A DNA stretch of 64,000 bases from Vulcanimicrobiota bacterium (GCA_050250895.1 JBFWNU010000002.1:567659-631658); one strand, 5' to 3'; shown: positions 1 through 9,756, counted from the first letter of the stretch. Made by a program: numbers and translations. Notes: generated from the letters alone by a model not told the origin.

Positions 1-99
1 GAGCAGCATCGGGAGCTGCTCGACAAGCTGGCCGTTCGCCTGTTGGAAGTCGAGTCCATCGAGCAAGACGAATTGGCCGAGATTCTGCGCCAAACCTGA
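1..99 (+). CDS. ftsH: 3' end of a probable FtsH (M41) protease, partial
   Basis: Frame 1 reads EQHRELLDKLAVRLLEVESIEQDELAEILRQT*, resembling the C-terminal helix pattern of FtsH. Only 32 codons are visible. Confidence 0.6.
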   Translation, partial: EQHRELLDKLAVRLLEVESIEQDELAEILRQT

Positions 100-329
100 C
101 CGGGATCAGTGCGATCTGCAGTCCTGGTGGATAGGCTGGAAGCGAGCAGGTGAGATTCGTGCCCGACCGTTACACCTGCTTCAATCGCTCGACCGGCGTC
201 TCGGCGAACTCGAGTCGCGTGTGGTCGAGCTATCGGACTGGAGAGAATCGCACTTGCCTGCCCTGCGCTGATCAGGATCATCGCTTCAGGGGCGGCACGG
301 GACCTAGAATGGAGACACGGAGGTATGCC

Positions 330-752
330 ATGAGCTGTGAACATATGCACAACGAACATGAAATCTGGAACCAGGAGCACGATCGGTGGAACGCCGAGCT
401 TTATCAATGGCGAAATGAGTCCGAGCGGGCGACCAGTTGCCTCAAAGAACTGATCGCGCGGATGGAGTCTCGAGCCCGCACTCTTGAGCTGCACGCTATC
501 GCCATCGACACGCTGGTGCAGAAGATTGCAGTCCACGAGAACTCGATGGCCTGTGATTGCGGTGAGGGCGTGATGATGCTCGATGTCCACGAAGGGGTGC
601 GCCAGGAGCATGCCCGCCAGGGCGAGCTTCACGGCGAGCTAGGCCGACGCCATCAACGGCTGATGGCCTGCTTGACCGAGCTGGAAGAGATTTTGGGCCC
701 AGCTGGCGAACCGGTTATGCACTGTTGTGCCAAAACTGTTGGACTGCATTAA
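330..752 (+). CDS. His-rich helical hypothetical protein (140 aa)
   Basis: ATG at 330 follows GGAGG at 319-323. Coiled-coil-like, His/Cys-rich; ends 3 nt before the next gene. Confidence 0.65.
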   Translation: MSCEHMHNEHEIWNQEHDRWNAELYQWRNESERATSCLKELIARMESRARTLELHAIAIDTLVQKIAVHENSMACDCGEGVMMLDVHEGVRQEHARQGELHGELGRRHQRLMACLTELEEILGPAGEPVMHCCAKTVGLH

Positions 753-755
753 CTA

Positions 756-2870
756 GTGGACCCAGATAGGCTCATCGACTATCTGGTCGACCATCACCTG
801 GTCACTCGGACCGAGGTGGCCGTGCTGGCGGGCACCGATGCTCAGCGCGGCAAGCCGATCGAACGGGTGCTGGTCGACGAACGGCTGGTCGATGAGGAGC
901 AGATGCTCGAGGCCATGGCCGCGGTCTATGGCCTTTCTTTGGTGAACCTGGGCCCCGACAATCTCGATCCCGAGATGGCCAGCCAGATTCCCCGAGCCCT
1001 GCTCGAGAGTTTTTGTGTCTATCCGCTCCAGCGTGAGGAAGGCTCGAGCACGCTTCTCTTAGCTACCACCGATCCTTTCGACATCACGGTAGAAGACACG
1101 TTCCGTTACATCACGGGCCTGCAGATACGCCCCGTATTGGCGCGTCGCCACGAGATCGAAGGGGCTATTTCGGGCGAACTCCTCGGCCGCGAAGGCTTTC
1201 ATCTGCTGGTCGAACAGATTCCCGCCGATTACACCCTCGAGCGGCTCCAATCGATGCTCACTCGCGAGGAGGACTACTCCTCCGAGTCGGCTACTCCCAT
1301 CATTATCCTGGTCAGCGCCATGCTGGGCGAGGCAGTGCGGATGAAGGCCTCGGACATCCACATCGAGCCTCAGGAAACCTACCTGAGGATCCGCTACCGC
1401 ATTGACGGCATCCTGCGCACTATCGTCGAGTTACCCAAGCGGGTCGAAAAGGCCTGTGTTTCCCGAGTGAAGATCATCTCGGGACTCGATATCAGCGAAT
1501 CGAGAAGGCCTCAGGACGGTCGCACCAGCTTGCGGGTGGGCACCAGCCAGGTGGACATGCGGGTGAGCGTGATCCCTACCTTTTTTGGAGAGAAGGTGGT
1601 CTTGCGCATTCTCGACCGCAGCGCCGTCTTGCTCGAACTCGAACAGCTCGGGCTCAGCTCACAGGACTACCAAACCCTGCACGGTTTTTTGCAGTCGAGC
1701 CATGGCATGATTTTGAACACCGGTCCCACCGGCTCGGGCAAGACTTCGACCCTCTACGCAGCTCTTCGCATCCTCAACACGATCGATGTCAACATCATGA
1801 CCGTCGAGGATCCGGTCGAGTATCAGGTGGCTGGAATCAGCCAGGTGCAGGTCCATCCCAAGGCGGGCGTAACCTTCGCTTCGGCTCTGCGCTCGTTTTT
1901 GCGTCAGGACCCGGACATCATCATGGTCGGAGAGATCCGCGACCTGGAGACCGCCGAGATCGCCGTTCAAGCCGCCCAGACCGGGCATCTCGTGTTTTCG
2001 ACTCTCCACACCAACGACTCTCCCACGACGCTCACTCGCCTGATTCTCATGGGACTCGAGCCGCACATGGTCGCTGGCTCGTTGTTGTGCGTGGTGGCCC
2101 AACGCCTGGTTCGGCGGCTTTGTCGCCATTGTCGCCAGGCCACTGAGCTTAGCGAGGATCAGGCCAGACTGCTGGGTCTGTCCTACGAACAGGTGGTGCC
2201 GAAAAGGCTGTTCAAAGCAGTGGGATGCGAACACTGCGATCAGCGTGGCTATCGTGGTCGGCTGGGTTTGTTCGAGTTGTTGCCGGTAACGGCCGCCGTG
2301 CGCCAGCAAATGCTCGAGGATCCCTCCGAGGAGTTGCTCTGGAGGGTGGCCCGCAGCGAAGGGATGCGCACTCTGCTCGAGGATGGCATCGTCAAGGTCG
2401 AGGCGGGTGACACCAGTCTCGATGAACTGTTGCGTGTGGTGACGGTGCGCCGGGCTCGCAATCTTGAAGGCGCCGCCCCGGCTTTGCTCACGTCGGCCCA
2501 ATGCGTGGCCGATGTCATGACCACAGAGGTGGTGTCGATCGACTCCGATACGGCCCTGCCCGAGATCGTCGAGCGTTTTCTTGAGCATAACATCAGCGGG
2601 GCTCCGGTGATCGATAGCCAGGGCAGCGTGGTCGGCGTGGTATCATTCAACGACCTGGCCGTCTACAGTCTGGCTCCGCCGGTCCTGGGGGGGCTGCATC
2701 TCAAAGCCGAAGACGTCATGAGCCGCACCACCATCAAGTTGAGCCCTCACGACTCTCTCGACAAGGCGGCCCAGTCCTTTCAGCGGCACAAGGTGCACCG
2801 GCTACTGGTCGAAGAGCGGGGCGCGCTCGTGGGCGTGGTCACGCCCCTCGATCTGCTTTCGGCGAAATGA
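756..2870 (+). CDS. GspE/PilB-family secretion/pilus ATPase with C-terminal CBS pair
   Basis: ASDIHIEP, Walker A GPTGSGKT, TVEDPVE, LRQDPDIIMVGEIRD, STLHTN and a CxxC...CxxC Zn motif, then two CBS domains (VADVMT..ISGAPV; AEDVMS..VHRLLV). Confidence 0.9.
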   Translation: MDPDRLIDYLVDHHLVTRTEVAVLAGTDAQRGKPIERVLVDERLVDEEQMLEAMAAVYGLSLVNLGPDNLDPEMASQIPRALLESFCVYPLQREEGSSTLLLATTDPFDITVEDTFRYITGLQIRPVLARRHEIEGAISGELLGREGFHLLVEQIPADYTLERLQSMLTREEDYSSESATPIIILVSAMLGEAVRMKASDIHIEPQETYLRIRYRIDGILRTIVELPKRVEKACVSRVKIISGLDISESRRPQDGRTSLRVGTSQVDMRVSVIPTFFGEKVVLRILDRSAVLLELEQLGLSSQDYQTLHGFLQSSHGMILNTGPTGSGKTSTLYAALRILNTIDVNIMTVEDPVEYQVAGISQVQVHPKAGVTFASALRSFLRQDPDIIMVGEIRDLETAEIAVQAAQTGHLVFSTLHTNDSPTTLTRLILMGLEPHMVAGSLLCVVAQRLVRRLCRHCRQATELSEDQARLLGLSYEQVVPKRLFKAVGCEHCDQRGYRGRLGLFELLPVTAAVRQQMLEDPSEELLWRVARSEGMRTLLEDGIVKVEAGDTSLDELLRVVTVRRARNLEGAAPALLTSAQCVADVMTTEVVSIDSDTALPEIVERFLEHNISGAPVIDSQGSVVGVVSFNDLAVYSLAPPVLGGLHLKAEDVMSRTTIKLSPHDSLDKAAQSFQRHKVHRLLVEERGALVGVVTPLDLLSAK

Positions 2871-2928
2871 TCCCGGTCATCGCGAGACTCTGGGGCTTGT
2901 TCTAAGTTGTACCTAAGAGGAGGTGCTT

Positions 2929-4449
2929 ATGATCACGACCTGCCAAAGTTTGAACATCGACCGTCTTCAGGTTCCCGAAGCCACAGGGCCCCTTGAAGTG
3001 GTCGAGACTCACATCTCCTGGGTGGTGCTGACCGGCGACTATGCTTACAAGCTCAAAAAGCCCCTGGCCCTGGGCTTTCTCGATTTCTCTAGCCTCGATA
3101 AGCGCCTGTTCTTCTGCCAGGAAGAGCTGCGTTTGAATTCTCGCCTGGCTCCTCACATCTATCTGGACGTGGTGCCGGTCACCGGCACCCCCGACCAGCC
3201 CGTGTTGGAGGGCGAAGGTCCGGTCATCGACTATGCCGTCAAGATGCGGCAATTCGAGCAGAGCGGGCTGCTCGATCGCGAGATCGCCGAGGATCGGGTC
3301 ACGCCTGAGCAGATCGACGCCATCGCAGAGATCGCCGCCGACTTCCATGCCCGCATCGCCCGGGCGGGTCCTCAAAGCGAGCACGGCTTGCCTGAGAACA
3401 TCCAGGCTCCGGCCATCGAGAATTTCGACGAGACCCTGGAGTTGATCGGCGACCATCCGGCCCGAGCGCGTTTGGAGGCCCTCCGGGGTTGGACCGAAGA
3501 GACCTTCGCTCGCCTTCGCCCGTTGATGGCGCAGCGCCACGACGAGGGCTTTGTGCGCGAGTGCCACGGCGACATGCATCTGGGCAATATGGTGCACCTG
3601 GGTGGTGGCCAGTTGCTGATCTTCGACGGCATCGAGTTCAACGACAACTTGCGCTGGATCGATGTGCTCAACGAGATAGCCTTTCTCTTTATGGATCTCG
3701 AGCATCGGGGCCGTCCCGACTTCGCCTGGCGCGCTCTCAATCGCTACCTCGAGGTTACCGGCGACTATCAGGCAATGCCTTTACTCGACTACTATCTGGT
3801 CTATCGGGTGATGGTCCGAGCCAAGGTGGCGGCCATTCGCCTGGCGCAGTCCCACGACCCCGCCCTCGAAGAAGAGTTGCTGGCCTTTCTAGCTCAGGCT
3901 GAGCGCTATGCCGCCAGCCACCAACCGCGCTTGATGCTGACCCACGGACTGTCGGGCTCAGGCAAGACTTACTTCAGTCAGCTGGTGCTCGAACGGCTCG
4001 GTGCCGTCCGTCTGCGCTCGGATCTCGAACGCAAACGCCTGCACGGTCTGGCGGCTGACCAGAGTTCGGGCTCTGGGGTCAACCAGGGCATCTACACCCG
4101 CGAGGCATCCAAGCGCACCTATGACCACCTGGTGGCTCAGGCCAAAACCATGCTGGCGGCCCATCATCACGTGCTCGTCGATGCCGCTTTCTTGCACGCT
4201 TCCCAGCGCGAGCAGTTTCGACGCCTGGCCGAAGAAGTGGGGGCCGAGTTCACGATACTCGACCTTCAGACCGCGCCGGAGGTGTGTCGTCGACGCCTGG
4301 AACAGCGCCAGGGCGATGCCTCGGAGGCGGACCTGGCTGTGCTCGAGAATCAGCTGTCCGGCGAGCATCGACTCGACCCCGACGAGCAGGGTCAGGTCGT
4401 GGCCGTGGGCGACGACCTGGAACAGGCTCTGGCTCGGATGTTGGACTAG
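2929..4449 (+). CDS. Bifunctional APH-like kinase / AAA_33 P-loop protein (Rv2004c-like)
   Basis: ETHISWV, ECHGDMHLGN, FDGIEFN and a C-terminal GLSGSGKT; AGGAGG precedes ATG 2929. Confidence 0.88.
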   Translation: MITTCQSLNIDRLQVPEATGPLEVVETHISWVVLTGDYAYKLKKPLALGFLDFSSLDKRLFFCQEELRLNSRLAPHIYLDVVPVTGTPDQPVLEGEGPVIDYAVKMRQFEQSGLLDREIAEDRVTPEQIDAIAEIAADFHARIARAGPQSEHGLPENIQAPAIENFDETLELIGDHPARARLEALRGWTEETFARLRPLMAQRHDEGFVRECHGDMHLGNMVHLGGGQLLIFDGIEFNDNLRWIDVLNEIAFLFMDLEHRGRPDFAWRALNRYLEVTGDYQAMPLLDYYLVYRVMVRAKVAAIRLAQSHDPALEEELLAFLAQAERYAASHQPRLMLTHGLSGSGKTYFSQLVLERLGAVRLRSDLERKRLHGLAADQSSGSGVNQGIYTREASKRTYDHLVAQAKTMLAAHHHVLVDAAFLHASQREQFRRLAEEVGAEFTILDLQTAPEVCRRRLEQRQGDASEADLAVLENQLSGEHRLDPDEQGQVVAVGDDLEQALARMLD

Positions 4450-5291
4450 CTGGCAGGGACCAGTAGCACCGGGCAGAGCGAGCCCCGGACTACATTCTCG
4501 GCCACGCTGCCCCACCAGGCTCGGGCTAGCCCGCTGCGCTGGTGGGTGGCCATGACTACCAGGTCGATGGCCTGGTGCTGGGCCAGGTGGAGGATGCCAC
4601 GAGGAATCGAGCCGGACCAGGTCAGGGTCTCGCTGGGAATGTCCTCGGGAGTGGTCGCTCGGATGTGGGCGAGGTATTCGCGAGCCTCGGATTCTTCGCG
4701 CTGGCGCTCAGGGTGGTCGGGCTCGAGGTCGCCGTAGGTGACCCGACAAAAGACGACCGAGGCGCCCGTGAGACGGGCCATCTGATAGGCGGTGGGTAAG
4801 GCCCTGGCGGCCAGGCTGGTCCCATCCAGGGGAACCAGGATGCGTTTGACCTGGGCCAGGCGCACCGGTTGAGAGCGCAACACCAGCACCGGCAGGTCGG
4901 CTCGTCGCACCACCTCCTCGGTGGTACTGCCCAAAAGCAAACGTTCGAAGCCCGAACGGCCGTGGCTGGTCATCAGCAAAAGATCGACCTGATCCGATTG
5001 GGCGGCCAGTTCCAGGGCAACCGAGCCCTCCCTGGCCATCACCTCGACCTGGCACCCGGCCTGACGCAACTGGTCGGCCTGCCGGTCGAGATACTCCTCC
5101 ACTTCACGCCGGTCGTCGGCAGTGGGAGTAAACCGCAACAGGTCTTTATCCTGGGCGATGCTGACCACCGTGGGCAGGACCCGCACCAACACGATTTTGC
5201 CGTTTTGCAGGCGGGCTAGATCGAGAGCGGGGCGCAACGCCCGTTCGGCAAGCAACGACCCATCCAGGGCCACCATCACTGTATAACTCAT
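4446..5291 (-). CDS. Tandem universal stress protein
   Basis: Two USP domains: VALDGS..HGRSG..LLGS and LVPLDG..THQRSG..WGSVAE. Confidence 0.92.
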   Translation of the reverse strand: MSYTVMVALDGSLLAERALRPALDLARLQNGKIVLVRVLPTVVSIAQDKDLLRFTPTADDRREVEEYLDRQADQLRQAGCQVEVMAREGSVALELAAQSDQVDLLLMTSHGRSGFERLLLGSTTEEVVRRADLPVLVLRSQPVRLAQVKRILVPLDGTSLAARALPTAYQMARLTGASVVFCRVTYGDLEPDHPERQREESEAREYLAHIRATTPEDIPSETLTWSGSIPRGILHLAQHQAIDLVVMATHQRSGLARAWWGSVAENVVRGSLCPVLLVPAS

Positions 5292-5425
5292 AACCTGAGC
5301 TTAGCCGTGCACCGGCTGCCTGGGTATGACCTGGGTCAGTCAATACTGCTCTAACACGACGCAAGTGTGGCTCCTATCGGCCGATTCTAAGATAGGATGT
5401 GAATCGAACCAAAGGAGATTAGCCA

Positions 5426-7588
5426 GTGCAGATTCGAGCGCACCCCTACGTTGCCGTGCGCAACGGCGTATTCTTTCCCGGCTCCGGAACCGTCTTGACG
5501 GTCGGACGCCCGGCCTCGATGGCGGCCGTAGAAGCAGCCGCCCAGAGCGCCGACAAGCTGTTGGTCTTGCTCACCCAACGCCGTCCCGAGATCGACGAAC
5601 CGAGCCTGGATGACCTGCATGAGGTGGGCGTGCGAGCCGTCGTTCATCGGGTCGAACGGCTTGACGGCACCATCGAGTTGGTGGTTGAAGGGCGTGACCG
5701 CGTTCGCTTGCGAGACCTCGGACAGCAGCCCTTTCCGGTGGCGCAGGTGGAACTGCTGGCGGCCCAGTCGGGCGCAAGCGAGACCGAAGAAGAGCTTCAC
5801 GAGGAATTGATCGAGCAGTCCGGCCGTCTTTTTGAACTGGCCGGCGAGGCCGGTCACACCGCCGCCCGGTTGGCCTCGAGGATGACCAACCCCGGGGAAC
5901 TGGTCAGCTTTCTGGCCAGCGCCTTGACCCTTTCCACCGACGAGGGAATGGCCGTGTTGGGAGCCGAGCGGTTGGAGGATGCCCAGCGCTTGACCCTGGA
6001 GTATCTCTTCGACCGCATCGAGTTGCTCGAGAACGGTGGCGAGGTGCCGGTGGGCAGGCTCGACTGGAACGACGACGAGGTCGATGTCGAGGTCGACCGA
6101 TCGATTGCCGTGGCGCTATTGAGGGACCGGCTGGCCGAGTGCCAGGCCCCCGAGGATGTGGCAGCGGCCGTCCATCAAGAGATCGATAAACTCGAGCGAT
6201 TCGAGCCCGAGTCGGTGGAGTATCAGAACGTGCTCACCGGCCTCGAGCTCTTTCTCGAATTGCCCTGGACCAAAGCCACCACCGACTGTACCGACCTCGA
6301 AGCGGTGCGCCAGCACCTCGACCAACAGGTCGACGGGTTGGATGGGGTCAAGGCCAGGTTGTTGGATCGCCTGGCTCTTCCCGGTTCAAAGCTGCTCTGT
6401 TTTTGCGGGCCCCCCGGCACCGGCAAGCAGACCCTGGCCCTGGCCCTGGCCGAAGCTCTGGGCCGAGAGTTCGATCAGCTCGATTTAAGCGGAGTTGATT
6501 GCGAGAGCTGGCTCTGCGGCACTCCCTGGAACGCCCCCGGAGCCAGCCTCGGTCAACTTTACCAGGCCCTGCGACGGGCGCGCACCCTCAATCCCGTGCT
6601 GGTCTTTCAGGCCGACCGCCTGGACGAAACCACCGCTCGCTGCCTGCTGGCCCTGGGAGAGCGCTGTCGGGATCGCTACCTGGGATTGCCCTTCGACCTG
6701 TCGGGCGTGATGCCGGTGGTGCTGACCCACTCGGTCGAGGAGTTGCCCGTCAGCCTGCGCTCGAAGCTCGAGCTGATCGAGTTGCCTGGCTATCCCCGCC
6801 AGGCGAAGATCGAACTGGCGCTGGGCCGTCTGTTGCCTGAGGATGTCCTTCTGCCAGAGCAGCTGATCGGTGACCTGATCGACGGCTACACCAACGAAGC
6901 CGGAGTCGAACAACTAGCTGGTCTCTTGCACCGGATAGCGGCCCGGTCCAAGCGATTGAAACAAACCCCCGATGGCGCCCTCCTCGCGCAATGGCTCGGG
7001 CCGGCCGCTCACCGCCTGCCGCTGGCTGGAGTGGGTCTGGCCCAGTCAGCCATAGCCACCAGCCAGGGAGTTTCGCTGGTGCCCTTCGAGGCGCTGCAAC
7101 TGCCCCACCAGGACGACTTGCTCTTGACCGGCTCCCCGGCTTTGCATGAAGTCGCCCTCATGGCTCGCAGCTTGCTGATGGCGCGTGGGCTAGCTCAGGG
7201 CGGCTTCCATCTCCACCTTCCCGAGATCGTGGCGAGCGACCGGGCTGCCGCCGGCCTGGCGGTACTGGCGTCCGTCGCTTCGGCAGCCAGCGGTCTCGAG
7301 CTACCGGCCGAGGTCGGCCTGATTGGTTGCTTGAGCCTGACCGGGCAGTTGCGAGCCGTTTCGACTCTGGCCGACAGGCTGCTGGCCGCCCAGCGGGCCG
7401 GCCTTCGACAACTGATCCTGCCGGCCGCCAACGCCAAGGAGCTGGCCCTTTTGCCAGAATCCGTTCGCGGGGGCCTCGAGTTGCGACTGGTCGAGACCAT
7501 CGATGATGCTCTGACGGCCGCGCTGCCACAGCTGCTTCCCCATCTAAACTTGATCCGCGTCATCTCGCCCAGGCCTCGGGCAAGCTAG
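5426..7588 (+). CDS. Lon-like protein (LON_N, AAA+, S16 domains) with degenerate catalytic residues
   Basis: Lon N-domain (VFFPG..VGRP), LPW, GPPGTGK, FDLS, YTNEAGV and the C-terminal ILPAAN..EL pattern. Walker B and the Ser-Lys dyad motifs are altered. Confidence 0.8.
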   Translation: MQIRAHPYVAVRNGVFFPGSGTVLTVGRPASMAAVEAAAQSADKLLVLLTQRRPEIDEPSLDDLHEVGVRAVVHRVERLDGTIELVVEGRDRVRLRDLGQQPFPVAQVELLAAQSGASETEEELHEELIEQSGRLFELAGEAGHTAARLASRMTNPGELVSFLASALTLSTDEGMAVLGAERLEDAQRLTLEYLFDRIELLENGGEVPVGRLDWNDDEVDVEVDRSIAVALLRDRLAECQAPEDVAAAVHQEIDKLERFEPESVEYQNVLTGLELFLELPWTKATTDCTDLEAVRQHLDQQVDGLDGVKARLLDRLALPGSKLLCFCGPPGTGKQTLALALAEALGREFDQLDLSGVDCESWLCGTPWNAPGASLGQLYQALRRARTLNPVLVFQADRLDETTARCLLALGERCRDRYLGLPFDLSGVMPVVLTHSVEELPVSLRSKLELIELPGYPRQAKIELALGRLLPEDVLLPEQLIGDLIDGYTNEAGVEQLAGLLHRIAARSKRLKQTPDGALLAQWLGPAAHRLPLAGVGLAQSAIATSQGVSLVPFEALQLPHQDDLLLTGSPALHEVALMARSLLMARGLAQGGFHLHLPEIVASDRAAAGLAVLASVASAASGLELPAEVGLIGCLSLTGQLRAVSTLADRLLAAQRAGLRQLILPAANAKELALLPESVRGGLELRLVETIDDALTAALPQLLPHLNLIRVISPRPRAS

Positions 7589-7597
7589 ACTAAGGAC

Positions 7598-8257
7598 ATG
7601 ATCTATCAGGACCGTCGTCAGGCGGGAGCCGAACTCGCGAAGGCGCTGTCTCACTACCGCGGCAGCGTCGACCTCGTGCTGGGCTTGCCCCGGGGTGGAG
7701 TGCCCGTGGCGCGCGAGGTGGCTCGCTTGCTCGAGGCTCCTCTGGATGCACTGGTGGTCCGCAAAGTGGGCTATCCTCACCATCCCGAGGTGGCTCTGGG
7801 AGCCGTCACCGCCAGTGGCGTCTGGGTCGCCAACCCTGAAACGGCGGGGCGGCTGCCTCGCGACCGAGGGACGATCCAACGTCTGATCTCGGTCCAGCTG
7901 CGCGAGGCGAGACGCGTGGAACGACGCTTTCGTCCGGGACTTCCACCGCTGGAGGTGGCCGGCAAGCGTGTGATCTTGGTAGACGATGGGCTGGCCACCG
8001 GCTCCACCATGCTCTGCGCCTTGATGGCACTGCGCCCGCAGCATCCGCAGCGGTTGGTGGTGGCGGTGCCGGTCGCTCCGCCCGAGACGGTGGAGTATCT
8101 ATCCCACCAGGCCGACGAAGTGGTCTGTCCCCTGCAGCCCAAAAACTTTGGCTATGTCGGTCAATTCTATAAGGACTTTCGCCCGGCGGCCTCGGTCCCC
8201 GAACCGGATGATCTGCATCATTTCGCCCGGCCCCAGGCTAAGGCACAATCGCGGTAG
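7598..8257 (+). CDS. Phosphoribosyltransferase-family protein (Rv0571c-like)
   Basis: DRRQAG..LA, LGLPRGGVPVA, VILVDDGLATG, VGQFY.DF. Confidence 0.9.
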   Translation: MIYQDRRQAGAELAKALSHYRGSVDLVLGLPRGGVPVAREVARLLEAPLDALVVRKVGYPHHPEVALGAVTASGVWVANPETAGRLPRDRGTIQRLISVQLREARRVERRFRPGLPPLEVAGKRVILVDDGLATGSTMLCALMALRPQHPQRLVVAVPVAPPETVEYLSHQADEVVCPLQPKNFGYVGQFYKDFRPAASVPEPDDLHHFARPQAKAQSR

Positions 8258-8283
8258 CTCCTGGAGCGTTTAGGAGGTACCCT

Positions 8284-8724
8284 ATGAACAGACCTGTAGA
8301 GATTCATTTTCATGATGTCGAGCCCAGCGAAGGACTCGAAGAGCACATCCGCCAGGCGGCCAATCGCCTGGAGCGCCGCTACCACAACATCACCGCTTGC
8401 GTGGTGCACCTCGAACAGCCTCATCGGCACCGGACGACCCACGTTGGCTATCGAGTGGTGCTCGAGGTCATGGTGCCGGGTCGGGGGGAGGTCACGGTGA
8501 CCAAGTCCTCGGACGAACACGAGGCCCACGACAACGCCTACAAAGTTCTCGATGAGGCTTTTGGAGCGATGGCTCGGCGCCTGCAGAAGTTATCCGACCA
8601 GGAACGGGGCCACGTCAAACACCACAACGGAGTGGCAGCCGAGCCCGAGGTCGAGGAGGAACCTGAGGCTTCCGAGTCCGAGTCCGAATCCGATCCGGTG
8701 GCCGGCGAGCCGAGAAAGGCCTGA
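8284..8724 (+). CDS. HPF/RaiA-family ribosome-associated protein
   Basis: S30AE-like pattern (PSEGLEEHI..LER..ITACVV..VPG..V..AF..MARRL); AGGAGG RBS; acidic tail. Confidence 0.8.
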   Translation: MNRPVEIHFHDVEPSEGLEEHIRQAANRLERRYHNITACVVHLEQPHRHRTTHVGYRVVLEVMVPGRGEVTVTKSSDEHEAHDNAYKVLDEAFGAMARRLQKLSDQERGHVKHHNGVAAEPEVEEEPEASESESESDPVAGEPRKA

Positions 8725-8729
8725 CAACC

Positions 8730-9191
8730 GTGCTGGCATCTGATTGCATGACCCGCGAGGTCACCACCGTTTCTCCTGACATGCATCTCGAGGAACTGGT
8801 CGAACTGCTGACCATCAAAGGCGTCTCGGGGGCGCCGGTGGTCAATGACCAGGGCACTCTGATCGGGGTCGTGTCGCTATCGGACGTAGCTCAGTCGGCG
8901 GTTCACCGGGCCCCCCACGGACGCTATGCTGATTTCGCCCATGACCTCTGGTGTGCCGAGTTAGTCGCCGACCTCGAGCCCGTCGACCTGAGGCTTCAGG
9001 TCGAGGACATCATGAACGAGAACCCCATTGATGTCGAGGCCGATTCGCCCCTCAGCGAAGTGGTGGCCCTGATCCTCCAGTTGCGGGTTCACCGGGTGAT
9101 CGTGGTCGACCAGCGGCGCCAGGTCGTAGGCTTGATCAGCACCATCGACCTGGTTCGCTTGCTGCCCGATCTCCTGACGCAGAAGGTCTAG
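8730..9191 (+). CDS. CBS-domain protein
   Basis: Two CBS repeats: MTREV..VSGAPVV and VEDIM..VHRVIVV..GLISTIDL. Confidence 0.9.
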   Translation: MLASDCMTREVTTVSPDMHLEELVELLTIKGVSGAPVVNDQGTLIGVVSLSDVAQSAVHRAPHGRYADFAHDLWCAELVADLEPVDLRLQVEDIMNENPIDVEADSPLSEVVALILQLRVHRVIVVDQRRQVVGLISTIDLVRLLPDLLTQKV

Positions 9192-9712
9192 TTGGCCGTC
9201 GCCATCAGGGTTTGAGCGATTTCGCAAGCCCAGGCCCCGATGGCCGTCCAATCGCGATAATCGGCGTGCTCGAGGCGCATCTCGCGCTGGAGGCACCAGT
9301 CGTCAAGATGGACACGGTCGGCGTCGAATTTGCCCGAGAAGACCTTGATGTCGTGGGGGCGCAAGCGCGTCGCTACCGATTCGAGGTTCTCGGGTAACTT
9401 CCAGCCGCCCAGCAGAGCGGCCGGGCTGCCCTCTTGCACCGGCCCGCTCGAAAACAGCCACAGGTCCTTGCCTTGAAGCTGGTCTTCGTGGTCGGTCAAG
9501 AGGTGACGAGCCGAGTCGAGCCAGTGGCCCTCATAGATGGCGCTGCCGAGCACGATGGCCCGATAGCTCGGCAGGTCTTGGACCTGCCCGGCTTCACACA
9601 GGTCGACCCGGCCGTCTTGCAGTTCGCGAAGTTGCTCGGCAATGCACTCGGCGATCTCGTGAGTCGAACCGTAGCGGCTGGAGTAGGCTACCAGAATCTT
9701 GTCGATGTTCAT
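9188..9712 (-). CDS. Flavodoxin_5-family flavodoxin
   Basis: YSSRYGSTHEIA, VLGSAIY, WLFSSGP, DYRDW. Confidence 0.88.
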   Translation of the reverse strand: MNIDKILVAYSSRYGSTHEIAECIAEQLRELQDGRVDLCEAGQVQDLPSYRAIVLGSAIYEGHWLDSARHLLTDHEDQLQGKDLWLFSSGPVQEGSPAALLGGWKLPENLESVATRLRPHDIKVFSGKFDADRVHLDDWCLQREMRLEHADYRDWTAIGAWACEIAQTLMATAN

Positions 9713-9756
9713 GGCTTCATGCTGCCACGGCCGCTAGCCGGCCGCGATGATCAAGA

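Noticed and set aside
9188-9712. Flavodoxin as HemG protoporphyrinogen oxidase
   Set aside because: The family is broad, the context is a stress cluster, and a HemY-type enzyme sits next to hemE.
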